Shown piece after piece: positions 10,544 to 20,409 of a stretch of DNA of 64,000 nucleotides; position 1 is the first letter of the stretch; the number at the start of each line of letters is the position of its first letter. The position numbers and the translations under genes were made by a program. The stretch comes from an uncultured Dorea sp. GTDB lineage: Bacteria; Bacillota; Clostridia; Lachnospirales; Lachnospiraceae. The stretch spans positions 215-64,214 of the forward strand of contig CANSLW010000001.1 in the NCBI GenBank assembly GCA_947647815.1, written 5' to 3'. Below the pieces are notes generated by a model, which worked only from the letters and a program-made list of their open reading frames with translations, had not been told where the DNA came from and made no database searches.

Positions 10544-12652
10544 ATGGAGAAGATACAATCGGTTTGTAATTATTGTGCCATCGACTGTAATCTGGATTTT
10601 TATGTAGAGGACAACCGGGTGGTCAGGACGGTTCCGACGAAGGGTTATCCGGTCAACGATGGATTCTGCTGTATCAAGGGACTGTCCCTGGATAAGCAGC
10701 AGAAGACGGTAAAGCCGCACAGCCTCCCGAAGATCCGTCAGGAGGACGGAAGCTTCAGGGAAGTTTCCTGGGAGGAAGGATTCCGGCATGTGGCGGATAA
10801 ACTGAAAGAATTGCAGGAGAGATACGGAACAGAGAGTGTGGCAGGCATCAGCACAGGACAGCTGACTATGGAAGAGTTCGCACTGTTCGGACATGTGATG
10901 CGGGATCACTTAAAGGCAAATGTAGACGGCAATACGAGGCTGTGTATGGCGACTGCGGTGGTTGCACATAAGCAGAGCTATGGATTTGACGCACCGGGAT
11001 ATACGCTTGAGGATCTGGAATTATCCGATACCATTATCTTTATAGGGGCAAATCCGGTGGTAGCGCATCCGATTCTTTGGGGAAGAGTCAGACAGAACAA
11101 GATACCGGGACGTAAGGTGATCGTCCTGGATCCAAGAAGGTCAGAGACGGCGATGAATGCGGATTACTGGTATGGCCTTAAGTGGAGAAGTGATCTGCTT
11201 CTTCTGTACACCATTGCTAATCTGCTGATTGAGAAAGATTACCTGAATCGTACTTTTATCGAAGAACATACAGAGCATTTTGAAGAATTCAAGGAATTTG
11301 TCAAGAGCTATACGCTGGAGAGAGGAGCCGAAGGAACGGGATTAAGTAAGGAACAGATTCTGGAACTGACGGAGCTGATCCACAGTGGGAAGAGGGTTTC
11401 CTTCTGGTGGACCATGGGTGTGAACCAGGGGTATGAGGCGGTCCGGACTGCACAGGCAATCATCAATCTTGCATTGATGACGGGGAATATCGGGAAGCCG
11501 GGAACCGGAGCGAATTCCATTACCGGACAGTGCAATGCAATGGGATCCAGGTCCTACAGCAATACGGCGGTATTTTACGGCGGAGGTGATTTCACGAATC
11601 CGGCGAGGAGAGCAAGGATTGCAAGTGTACTGGGGGTAGATGAATGCCAGCTTGCCGAGAAACCTACCAAGACCTATAACCAGATTATTGAGGGAATCAA
11701 CGCCGGGGAGATCAAAGGACTCTGGATTCTGTGTACGAATCCAAGGCACAGCTGGACGAATAACGAGACATTTGCGAAAGCCGCAAAGAAACTGGAGCTC
11801 TTCGTGGTGCAGGATATCTATGACAGTATTGAAAGCGCTGAGGATTGTACCGTCTTCTTCCCGGTGGTCCCCGGACTTAAGAAGGAAGGAACTTATATCA
11901 ATCTGGAACGCCGGCTGTCAGGCATGCGCCCGGTTCTGGCAAGGGGTGAGAATGAGATCTCTGATTATGAGGCGATTCTTGGCGTTGGTAAGGCGCTTGG
12001 CATGGGAGACGAATTAAAAGGATGGGAGACTCCGAAAGATTGTTTCAACCTGATGAGGGAGTGTTCCAGGAATATGCCATGTGATATTACGGGGGTGACA
12101 TGGGAAGCACTGGAGAATTCTCATGGAATCCAGTGGCCTTATCCGGAGGGAAGAGAAGAAGAATTATCGGCAGAACAGAGAAGGCTTTACGAAGACGGAC
12201 AGTTCTTTACCCCGTCTAAGAAGGCTCAGTTTATCTTCGAAGAGGTAAAGGAGAATCCGCTTCCTCAGACGGAGGAATTCCCATATGTCCTAAATACCGG
12301 GCGCGGAAGTGTGGGACAGTGGCATACTCAGAGCAGGACCAGGGAAGTGAAGTTTGTAGAAGATGTGTCCGTGAAGAAGGCCTATCTCTATATGAATACA
12401 GAGCTTGCCAAAGAGAAGGATATCCGTGAGCTGGATAAGATCCGGGTGTATTCGGTAAACGGCGAGGATGCGGTGTTTGAAGTGAAGGTAACGGACAATG
12501 TGCAGTATGAAGAACTGTATGCGCCGATTCATTACATAGAATGCAACAAACTGACCCCGTCCGTATATGACACTTATTCCAAGGAACCGTCGTATAAAGC
12601 AACGCCGGTCAGATTCGAGAAATGTCAGGAGGATTCATATGTATCGTATTAA
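10544..12652 (+). CDS. Molybdopterin oxidoreductase, nitrate reductase catalytic subunit-like (NasA/NapA/NarB type)
   Basis: N-terminal CxxCxxxC...CIKG, NTRLCMATA (Mo-ligand Cys), GQCNAMG, C-terminal LNTGR...QWHT. Confidence 0.8.
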   Translation: MEKIQSVCNYCAIDCNLDFYVEDNRVVRTVPTKGYPVNDGFCCIKGLSLDKQQKTVKPHSLPKIRQEDGSFREVSWEEGFRHVADKLKELQERYGTESVAGISTGQLTMEEFALFGHVMRDHLKANVDGNTRLCMATAVVAHKQSYGFDAPGYTLEDLELSDTIIFIGANPVVAHPILWGRVRQNKIPGRKVIVLDPRRSETAMNADYWYGLKWRSDLLLLYTIANLLIEKDYLNRTFIEEHTEHFEEFKEFVKSYTLERGAEGTGLSKEQILELTELIHSGKRVSFWWTMGVNQGYEAVRTAQAIINLALMTGNIGKPGTGANSITGQCNAMGSRSYSNTAVFYGGGDFTNPARRARIASVLGVDECQLAEKPTKTYNQIIEGINAGEIKGLWILCTNPRHSWTNNETFAKAAKKLELFVVQDIYDSIESAEDCTVFFPVVPGLKKEGTYINLERRLSGMRPVLARGENEISDYEAILGVGKALGMGDELKGWETPKDCFNLMRECSRNMPCDITGVTWEALENSHGIQWPYPEGREEELSAEQRRLYEDGQFFTPSKKAQFIFEEVKENPLPQTEEFPYVLNTGRGSVGQWHTQSRTREVKFVEDVSVKKAYLYMNTELAKEKDIRELDKIRVYSVNGEDAVFEVKVTDNVQYEELYAPIHYIECNKLTPSVYDTYSKEPSYKATPVRFEKCQEDSYVSY

Positions 12653-13061
12653 AATTGACCGAAGCAGATGCATCGGCTGTCTGACCTGCGTGACGGCGTG
12701 TGTGGTCAGCCATGAGACAGAGAGCGGGGATGCGAGAAACAGGGTGACCATAGACAGTGAGACGAAGCCGGCGCCGATCTTCTGCCGTCACTGCGAGCGT
12801 CCGGAATGTACCTACACCTGTATGACAGGAGCCATGAAGAAGAATCCGGTTACAGGATATGTTGAGTATGACAAAGAACATTGTGCAAGCTGTTATATGT
12901 GTATCATGTCCTGCCCATATGGCGTGTTGAAGCATGACAGTATCAGGAAGACGGAGATTATGAAGTGCAATATGTGCGTGCACCGGAGCGAAGACGGCAC
13001 AGGGAATCCCATGTGTGTAGAGAAATGCCCGATGCAGGCGATTACGGTAGAGGAGGTGTAA
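12639..13061 (+). CDS. 4Fe-4S dicluster electron-transfer protein
   Basis: Four CxxCxxC/CxxCP motifs; ATG at 12639 after AGGAGG. Confidence 0.85.
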   Translation: MYRIKIDRSRCIGCLTCVTACVVSHETESGDARNRVTIDSETKPAPIFCRHCERPECTYTCMTGAMKKNPVTGYVEYDKEHCASCYMCIMSCPYGVLKHDSIRKTEIMKCNMCVHRSEDGTGNPMCVEKCPMQAITVEEV

Positions 13062-13063
13062 GG

Positions 13064-14467
13064 ATGCGTTATGTAGTAATCGGTTCTTCGGCAGCAGGCG
13101 TCAACGCGGTAAGGGAACTCAGGAAGATTGACAAGGACAGCCGGATCATCCTGATATCGAAGGATAAGAGTATCTATTCCCGCTGTATCCTGCACCATTA
13201 TCTTGGCGGTGAGAGGGATCTTGACGGGTTGTGCTTTGTAGAAAAGGATTTCGAGAACATTTACCAGATTGAATGGATGAAAGGAAGAGAATGTACCGCG
13301 GTAAAGCCGGGGGAGAAACATGTGATACTCGACGGCGGTGAGACAGTAGCTTACGATAAGCTTCTGATTGCCACGGGTTCCCATACCTTCGTCCCTCCGG
13401 TAAAGAATCTCAAAGAAGCGAAGAATGTGGTGGGATTCCGTAATCTGGAGGATATGGAAGTCCTGAAAAAGGCGGCGAAGAACTGCAGGAATATCATATT
13501 GATGGGTTCCGGATTAGTCGGACTCGACTGCGCGTCCGGCTTCCTTGAGCTTGGAGTATCGGTGACATTGGTTGAGATGGCGGGCTGGCTGCTGTCCAGG
13601 CAATTAGATGAGCGTGCGGCAAGGACTTATCAGAGAGCTTATGAAGAGAAGGGTGTGCGGCAGTATTACGGAGTCGGAATGTCGGAAGTGGTTCTGGACG
13701 ATCATCAGAATATTACGGAAGCCGTACTGTCAGACGGAACCAGGCTGCCCTGCGATTTTGTCGTTGTAACGGCGGGAGTGCGCTCCAATGTAGAATTCTT
13801 AGAAGGCTCCGGCATCGAGACGAATAAGTTCGGACTGGTATATGATGAGACTGGAAGGACCAGCGATCCGGACGTCTACGGGGCAGGAGACGTATCAGGC
13901 ACCAGTCCGATCTGGCCGGTGGCGGTGAAGGAAGGAATCGTGGCGGCAAGCAACATGGCGGGCGTGCCAAGGAAGATGACGGACTTCTTCGCCAGCAAGT
14001 CAACGATGAATTTCCTGGGCATTCCAAGCATGTCGCTGGGAAATGTGAATCTGGAAGGAGAGATTGTATCCGGGGAAGTTGAAGAATCTGGCGGAGTATG
14101 TAGGTCACATAACGGGGAATGTCCTGGAAATGTTGACAGAGCTAACGAGGCGCAGGATATATGGGCGGAGGAAAATAAAACGCCGGATGGAGCGCGTCAG
14201 CCGGTACAGGCATACACAGTAAGATATGCGGACGGACATATGGCAGAGATTCTGGATACGGGAGATACTTATAAGAAAATCGTGCATAAGGACGGCAGGA
14301 TTACCGGAGCGATTCTTCAGGGGGATCTGGCTTACGGCGGTATCCTGCAGCAGTTAATTGCCAGGCGTATTGACATCAGAAGGGTGAAAAAGCCGGTATT
14401 TGACATTGATTATTCGGATTTCTTCCGGGAGAAAGAGAATTTTGAATTCTATTACGAGGAAAACTAA
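13064..14467 (+). CDS. NAD(P)/FAD-dependent oxidoreductase (NirB/NasB N-terminal-like)
   Basis: YVVIGSSAAG, YDKLLIATGS, GSGLVGLD, VYGAGD; ATG 13064 after GGAGGTG. Confidence 0.85.
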   Translation: MRYVVIGSSAAGVNAVRELRKIDKDSRIILISKDKSIYSRCILHHYLGGERDLDGLCFVEKDFENIYQIEWMKGRECTAVKPGEKHVILDGGETVAYDKLLIATGSHTFVPPVKNLKEAKNVVGFRNLEDMEVLKKAAKNCRNIILMGSGLVGLDCASGFLELGVSVTLVEMAGWLLSRQLDERAARTYQRAYEEKGVRQYYGVGMSEVVLDDHQNITEAVLSDGTRLPCDFVVVTAGVRSNVEFLEGSGIETNKFGLVYDETGRTSDPDVYGAGDVSGTSPIWPVAVKEGIVAASNMAGVPRKMTDFFASKSTMNFLGIPSMSLGNVNLEGEIVSGEVEESGGVCRSHNGECPGNVDRANEAQDIWAEENKTPDGARQPVQAYTVRYADGHMAEILDTGDTYKKIVHKDGRITGAILQGDLAYGGILQQLIARRIDIRRVKKPVFDIDYSDFFREKENFEFYYEEN

Positions 14468-14497
14468 GAAAAATTAATGATACGAGGGAGGTGTCTT

Positions 14498-15427
14498 ATG
14501 GAGAGATTGGAGAGAATGCCTGTGCCGGTATTACCTACTTTTGTAGGCGCGCTGACGCTTGGCAATGTCTATTCGGGGATGAATTACGTATGGGTGCGTC
14601 ATCTGACCATGTGGGCGGCAACGCTTGTCCTGCTTCTGTATATTGTGAAGATTATAAAATATACGAAGACCTGTAAACAGGAATACATGACAGTAGTTCC
14701 CTGCAGTCTGTATGCAGGATTTTCCATGGTGATGATGATACTGGGGAGTTATTATTTTGATTATGTTCCGGCGCTTGGAAAAGGAATGTGGATGGCAGGA
14801 CTTGCAATCCATGCGGTACATATCCTGGTGTTTACTTACAGGAATGTAATCAAAGAGAGGAATATCAATACGTTTGTGCCCAGCTGGTTTGTGACCTATA
14901 ACGGGATCATGGTAAGCTGTGTGACCGGAGGGGCGATGAATGCGGGGGGTGTCCTTAGAATCGTCGTCTATTATGGAATTATAATTTACTTTATCCTGCT
15001 TCCAATTATGTTATGGAGACTGCTGAAGGTAGAAGTGAAGCAGCCGGTTTATCATACAATGGCAGTATTACTGGCGCCTTGCAGCCTGTGTGTGGTGAGT
15101 TATCTGAATGTAATCCAGAACCCGAACCAGGCGGTGGTATATCTGTTGTATGTGTGTGTACTTGCTTCTTTGCTGTTTGTGATTGTGAAGCTTCCGAAGT
15201 TCTTTTCATATAGCTTTGTGCCAGGCTTCGCAGGCATGACGTTCCCGATGGCTATCGGGATTGTAGCGACGAATAAGATGTCGGGATATCTTGCCGGAAT
15301 CGGCAAGGAATCACTGGCGGCGCTGACCGGGCAGCTGGCGGGGATCCAGGTTTACCTGACGACGATGATTATCGGGTTTGTGTTGTTGAACTTTTTGATT
15401 ATGGTACTTAAGATAGAAAGAAAATAG
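14498..15427 (+). CDS. TDT/SLAC1-family anion transporter
   Basis: About 10 TM segments, 'VPSWFVTYNGI', 'FAGMTFPMAI'. Confidence 0.8.
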   Translation: MERLERMPVPVLPTFVGALTLGNVYSGMNYVWVRHLTMWAATLVLLLYIVKIIKYTKTCKQEYMTVVPCSLYAGFSMVMMILGSYYFDYVPALGKGMWMAGLAIHAVHILVFTYRNVIKERNINTFVPSWFVTYNGIMVSCVTGGAMNAGGVLRIVVYYGIIIYFILLPIMLWRLLKVEVKQPVYHTMAVLLAPCSLCVVSYLNVIQNPNQAVVYLLYVCVLASLLFVIVKLPKFFSYSFVPGFAGMTFPMAIGIVATNKMSGYLAGIGKESLAALTGQLAGIQVYLTTMIIGFVLLNFLIMVLKIERK

Positions 15428-15547
15428 ACATATTTTAATTAATTCGTGGGAGTTTACTTTCCGCTTAGTGCAAAGTCAAATTCAAGGTTGCAATTACCAT
15501 TCAAGTCTGTTACAATCGTAAATGTCCAGAGAGAAAATATAATAAAG

Positions 15548-15720
15548 AAGTTTTCAGTGCCTGGCAGAAGGAGTATTTCTGCCAGGTTAAAAGGGAATCA
15601 GGTGCAAGTCCTGAGCGATCCGGTCACTGTAAACAGGGAGCAAGACTGTGTATGCCATTGCATGGGGAATGTGAGAAGGTGCAGTCAAGTATTGATCTGT
15701 AAGCCAGGAAACCTGCTGGG
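15548..15720 (+). ncRNA. Cobalamin (B12) riboswitch
   Basis: GTTAAAAGGGAATCAGGTGCAAGTCCTGAGCGATCCGGTCACTGTAA ... GCCATTG ... GAGAAGG ... AAGCCAGGAAACCTGC (B12 box), upstream of cobalt/corrinoid genes. Confidence 0.9.
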
Positions 15721-15805
15721 AATGTTGATGAATAGCTTCCGAAGAAAGTGTTTTCATGTAAAAGTAAAAGATACGTTATGATTATTCATAGCTTTTTTTG
15801 ATGAC

Positions 15806-15834
15806 GCCTGCTTTCGAGAGAAAGGAGGCTTTTT
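15806..15834 (+). terminator. Leader terminator (riboswitch expression platform)
   Basis: GCCTGCTTTC-GAGA-GAAAGGAGGC followed by TTTTT. Confidence 0.6.
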
Positions 15835-15947
15835 ATAATATTAGGAGACTCCTTATATTATAAAAATTCTCCGGGGGGATATACACTCATGTGAAAAAGA
15901 AATATGTTGCAGTCGACAGCTTTGTAGGTGGAAGAGGGGACAGACGA

Positions 15948-17171
15948 ATGAAGAATGTAAGGTGTATACGTGGGATATCAGTGCTTGTATTAGTAGTGTT
16001 TCTTATGACTGTACTGACCGGATGTAAAGATATGAATTCTAGGGATGAAGATGTGGCTAAAATTAATAAAATGAAGAAACAGGAAACAGAATCTGTGGAT
16101 AAACCTGGCAAAAAGGATGCAGTACCTGAGATAGAAGGGGTATATCTTGAGAAACAATTAGAGCTTACCTATGCGGATGGATTTGACGTTTATTATTATA
16201 GTGAAGGTTATAAAGTGGTCCGTGTCTATGATAGTGCACAGTATCTGCTTGTACCAGAAGGAAAGGAGATACCAGAGAATCTGGATTCGGATATGATAGT
16301 GCTTCAGATGCCGCTTAATCAGATTTATCTGGCGGCTACTTCGGCAATGGCGTTGTTTGACGCATTGAATGCTGTAGATGCTATCCGCCTGTCAGGGACG
16401 GATGTAGACGGATGGTATATTGAGGAAGCTGTGGCGGCTATGGAAGAAGGAGAGATTCTATATGCCGGCAAATATAGTGAACCAGATTATGAGCGGTTGA
16501 TAGATGAGGGATGCGATCTTGCCGTTGAATCGACGATGATTTTACATACGCCAAAGGTTCAAGAGATGATTGAAGAACTTGGAATTCCTGTTTTTATTGA
16601 TCGTTCCAGTTATGAGAAGCATCCTCTTGGCAGGACAGAGTGGATTAAATTGTATGGAGCCATGCTAGAACGAGATGAGGAAGCAGAAATCTTTTTTGAC
16701 GAACAGTCGAAAGTAATCGAGGAACTGAAAGACTTTAAGAATACGGAGAAGACAGTAGTCTTTTTTTATCTGAATACAGATGGTTCTGTAGTTGTGCGTA
16801 AATCAGATGATTATATTCCGGCGATGATAGAGATTGCGGGTGGACGCTATATATTTAAAGACCTGGAAAATGCGGAGAGTAAGAGCGCGTCTGTGAAGCT
16901 TACAATGGAAGAATTCTATGCTGCTGCGGTAGATGCGGATTATCTCATCTATAATTCAGCTATTGATAATCCGGTAGATACACTGGATGAACTTCTGGGA
17001 AAGAGTGAATTATTTGCAGAGTTCAGGGCAGTAGAAGGGGGGAATGTATGGTGTACCGGAAAATATCTGTATCAGGCGACGGACATAGTAGGTAATCTAA
17101 TCAGGGATATTCATCTGATGCTCACAGATGGTGATGAGAGTGGTATGGAATTTTTATATAGAGTGAAATAG
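15948..17171 (+). CDS. ABC transporter substrate-binding lipoprotein (Fe/corrinoid type)
   Basis: Lipobox LTGC; YAGKYSEPDYE; EKHPLGRTEWIK. Confidence 0.85.
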   Translation: MKNVRCIRGISVLVLVVFLMTVLTGCKDMNSRDEDVAKINKMKKQETESVDKPGKKDAVPEIEGVYLEKQLELTYADGFDVYYYSEGYKVVRVYDSAQYLLVPEGKEIPENLDSDMIVLQMPLNQIYLAATSAMALFDALNAVDAIRLSGTDVDGWYIEEAVAAMEEGEILYAGKYSEPDYERLIDEGCDLAVESTMILHTPKVQEMIEELGIPVFIDRSSYEKHPLGRTEWIKLYGAMLERDEEAEIFFDEQSKVIEELKDFKNTEKTVVFFYLNTDGSVVVRKSDDYIPAMIEIAGGRYIFKDLENAESKSASVKLTMEEFYAAAVDADYLIYNSAIDNPVDTLDELLGKSELFAEFRAVEGGNVWCTGKYLYQATDIVGNLIRDIHLMLTDGDESGMEFLYRVK

Positions 17172-17214
17172 CTCTGTGTAGTATGGTAATCATGAGAGAA
17201 AGAAGGAGATTTTT

Positions 17215-18150
17215 ATGAAAAAATGTGTTACACTATTATTAACAGCAGCTTTGGCTGGTACATTATGTCTGACAGGGTGTGGAAATAAGAATGAAGAAGG
17301 GGTGGGAGATGTGAAGCAGGATACTAGGGAGCCGGAAGGAGGAACCAGCGGTGAGATCTCCCAGGCAATCATGGTTGTAAGTTTCGGGACAAGTTATAAT
17401 GACAGCAGGGAAGCTACGATTGGGGCTATTGAGAAAGCAATTGCTGATAAGTTTCCGGAATATGAAGTTAGAAGAGCATTTACCAGTCAGATTATTATTG
17501 ATAAGTTAAAGGAGCGCGATGGCCTTGAGATTGACAATGTAGGAGAGGCGCTTGACCGTGCTGTGGAAGACGGCGTCCAGAAGTTAGTCGTACAGCCGAC
17601 TCATCTCATGGATGGATATGAGTATACGGACCTCGCTGATGAACTGGCGGAATATGAGGACAAATTCGACCAGGTAGTTCTTGCAAAGCCTCTGCTCATG
17701 GATGATGCGGATTATGAGGCTGTCGTTGCGGCAATCACTGATGTTGCGTCTTCTTATGATGATGGAGAGACAGCAATCTGTTTTATGGGACATGGTACGG
17801 AAGCAGAGTCCAACAGTGTATACCCGACGCTTCAAGAGAAGTTGACAAAAACAGGTTATGAGAATTATTATATAGGTACGGTAGAAGCAGAACCGGCTCT
17901 GGAAGATGTTCTGAATGCGGTTCAGGCAAAGGGAACTTATAAGAAGATTGTGCTTCGTCCATTGATGGTAGTGGCAGGCGACCATGCCAATAATGATATG
18001 GCGGGTGATGAAGAGGATTCCTGGAAGAGCGTGTTTGAAGGTGCAAACTACGAGGTGGAATGTATTCTGGAAGGACTTGGCCAGGTTCCTGCAGTCCAGG
18101 ATATCTATGTTGCCCATACACAGGCTGCGATTGATACCCTGGAAAATTAG
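17215..18150 (+). CDS. cbiK: Sirohydrochlorin cobaltochelatase CbiK-like, lipoprotein form
   Basis: VVSFGTSY, RRAFTSQII, QPTHLMDGYE, FMGHGT, PLMVVAGDHANNDMAG; lipobox LTGC. Confidence 0.85.
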   Translation: MKKCVTLLLTAALAGTLCLTGCGNKNEEGVGDVKQDTREPEGGTSGEISQAIMVVSFGTSYNDSREATIGAIEKAIADKFPEYEVRRAFTSQIIIDKLKERDGLEIDNVGEALDRAVEDGVQKLVVQPTHLMDGYEYTDLADELAEYEDKFDQVVLAKPLLMDDADYEAVVAAITDVASSYDDGETAICFMGHGTEAESNSVYPTLQEKLTKTGYENYYIGTVEAEPALEDVLNAVQAKGTYKKIVLRPLMVVAGDHANNDMAGDEEDSWKSVFEGANYEVECILEGLGQVPAVQDIYVAHTQAAIDTLEN

Positions 18151-18165
18151 AAGGATATATATTAT

Positions 18166-18236
18166 TCTCGTGAAGCAATGAGCCAAGTGGACGTGTTTGT
18201 ATGTACATCTGGCAGCTACCGTGAGGTTTTTGAGTT
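18166..18236 (+). repeat. Dispersed ~60-bp intergenic repeat, degenerate copy
   Basis: CTCGTGAAGCAATGAGCCAAGTGG...CCGTGAGG resembles the copies at 27021, 34229 and 49073. Confidence 0.55.
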
Positions 18237-18251
18237 TAAGGAGAGTATATT

Positions 18252-19328
18252 ATGAGAAGTTTAATCTTATATAGTACAATATTTTTTATGCTGGTTACCG
18301 GTGTGCTTGGCACGCCGGTAATCTGTTATGCGGAAGGTTTATCAGATCAGATAGCGGGGGAAGATGAGAGAGCAGCGTCTGTGGAAGTCGGTGAGGACGG
18401 GATGATTCCGGTCACGGCGGACCAGGTGAAGGAAGGCAGTTATCCTATTGAAGTTGATTCCAGTTCTTCGATGTTCCGTATCGTAGAAGCATATCTTACG
18501 GTTCAAGATGGGCAGATGAGCGCTGTAATCACTTTGGGGGGAAAAGGATATCTGAAATTATTCATGGGAACAGGAGAAGAAGCTGTTGCGTCAGAAGAGT
18601 CTGCATATGTTCCTTTTGTAGAGGATGAGAATGGCGCTTATACCTATACAGTGGAGGTAGAGGCGCTTGACAAGGAACTGGAGTGTACCGGGTTCAGTAA
18701 GAGAAAAGAAAAATGGTATGACCACCAAATTCTGTTTCAAGCCGCAACACTTCCGAAAGAGGCGTTGTTAATAGAACTTCCCAGTTATGAGGAATCTTCT
18801 GGAGGCAACCGAAAATCTGCTTCGGACAATGGGAAGAAATCCACTGCAGACAATAAGCAGAAAGATAATCAGGCGGAAGTTGACCTCGAAGACGGAGTCT
18901 ATAGGATAGAAGTGGAATTAACAGGAGGAACCGGAAGAGCATCGGTAACTTCTCCGGCAAACCTTACCGTGGTTGATAAAAAGGGCACAGCAAGGATAGA
19001 GTGGAGTAGTCCGAACTACGATTATATGATTGTGCATGGAGAGAAATATTTTCCGATTAATGAAGAAGGGAATTCTGTGTTTGAAATCCCAGTATATGCT
19101 TATGATGAGGCAGTGGAAGTGATTGGGGATACAACGGCTATGGGGGAGCCGCACGAGATAGAATATTCGCTAATCTTCCATGCAGATTCTGTACGTTCGC
19201 ATGAGCTGGAAGGAAAGAATATGTCTTCAGGGGCAATTGTGCCGATTGTAGTTATGATAGTTGGTATTATAGCAGTGGCAGCAGGTATAATGTTTATTGT
19301 TGCCTGCCATCGCCGGGGTGTTCAATAA
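18252..19328 (+). CDS. Membrane-anchored secreted protein with two related beta-rich (NEAT-like) domains, metal/corrinoid uptake accessory
   Basis: Signal peptide, repeated 'GxYxIEV...' modules, 'IEWSSPNYDYMIV', C-terminal TM. Confidence 0.6.
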   Translation: MRSLILYSTIFFMLVTGVLGTPVICYAEGLSDQIAGEDERAASVEVGEDGMIPVTADQVKEGSYPIEVDSSSSMFRIVEAYLTVQDGQMSAVITLGGKGYLKLFMGTGEEAVASEESAYVPFVEDENGAYTYTVEVEALDKELECTGFSKRKEKWYDHQILFQAATLPKEALLIELPSYEESSGGNRKSASDNGKKSTADNKQKDNQAEVDLEDGVYRIEVELTGGTGRASVTSPANLTVVDKKGTARIEWSSPNYDYMIVHGEKYFPINEEGNSVFEIPVYAYDEAVEVIGDTTAMGEPHEIEYSLIFHADSVRSHELEGKNMSSGAIVPIVVMIVGIIAVAAGIMFIVACHRRGVQ

Positions 19329-19363
19329 AAAATGAGTTTTCAAAAGGCGGAGGGAGAAGCGGA

Positions 19364-20407
19364 GTGAGTGATAATCTTGGGTTTCACGAAGAGAATCTTC
19401 GAAGAAGAATCCGGTATGCGGCCGTATTTTTGAGTATGATTATCTTGTTCGGTCTTATTATAGTGTGGAATATTAATACAGGAAATGTGAGGATTTCGAT
19501 ATCACGGATTCTTGCTATATTATTCAGGCGAAGGGGTGATGCAGTAGAATACAGCATCATCTGGAAGATTCGTCTGCCGAGAGTGCTGATGGCAGCAATC
19601 TTAGGCGGCGCACTCTCTTTATCGGGCTTTCTGCTTCAGACTTTTTTTGCAAATCCTATTGCAGGACCTTTTGTACTGGGAATTTCTTCCGGGGCGAAGA
19701 TGGTAGTTGCGTTTGTGATGATCTTCTATCTGGAACGGTTCGGAACATTTTCTTCATATACGCTCATTATCGCCGCATTCACAGGTTCTTTATTGTCGGT
19801 CGGGTTTATCCTGGTCTTATCCGGAAGGATTGACCATATGGCAACGCTTCTAGTAGCGGGAATCATGATAGGATATATCTGTTCTGCGGTTACTGATTTT
19901 GTAGTGACATTTGCAGAAGATTCAGATATCGTAAATCTCAGGGGATGGTCGCTTGGGAGTTTCTCAGGAATGAATTGGAACAATGTGAAGCTGGCAGCTG
20001 TCATGGTAGGGGCTGCATTTTTGCTGACATTTTTTTTATCGAAACAGATAGGGGCTTATCAGCTGGGAGAGGCTTATGCGCAGAGTATGGGGGTAAATAT
20101 CCGTATCTTTCGTGTTGCGCTGATCCTGCTTTCCAGTGTTTTATCAGCATGCGTGACTGCATTTGCAGGACCAATATCATTCGTTGGAATTGCCGTGCCG
20201 TATCTTATCAGGCAGGCTTTGCATACGTCAAAACCTATAGTGGTGATTCCAGGGGTATTTCTTGGGGGCGCTGTATTCTGTATGATGTGTGACCTGATCG
20301 CACGTATGGCGTTTGCGCCGACAGAATTAAGCATCAGTACAGTTACGTCTGTATTCGGTGCACCGGTAGTGATATGGATGATGTTGAGAAGACAGAAAGG
20401 GCGGTAG
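19364..20407 (+). CDS. FecCD/BtuC-family ABC permease
   Basis: IRLPRV, NPIAGPFVLGISSGA, LGEAYAQSMGV, GPISFVG. Confidence 0.9.
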   Translation: MSDNLGFHEENLRRRIRYAAVFLSMIILFGLIIVWNINTGNVRISISRILAILFRRRGDAVEYSIIWKIRLPRVLMAAILGGALSLSGFLLQTFFANPIAGPFVLGISSGAKMVVAFVMIFYLERFGTFSSYTLIIAAFTGSLLSVGFILVLSGRIDHMATLLVAGIMIGYICSAVTDFVVTFAEDSDIVNLRGWSLGSFSGMNWNNVKLAAVMVGAAFLLTFFLSKQIGAYQLGEAYAQSMGVNIRIFRVALILLSSVLSACVTAFAGPISFVGIAVPYLIRQALHTSKPIVVIPGVFLGGAVFCMMCDLIARMAFAPTELSISTVTSVFGAPVVIWMMLRRQKGR

Positions 20408-20409
20408 AT

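Noticed and set aside
15446-15781. 111-aa ORF
   Set aside because: Coincides with the cobalamin riboswitch.
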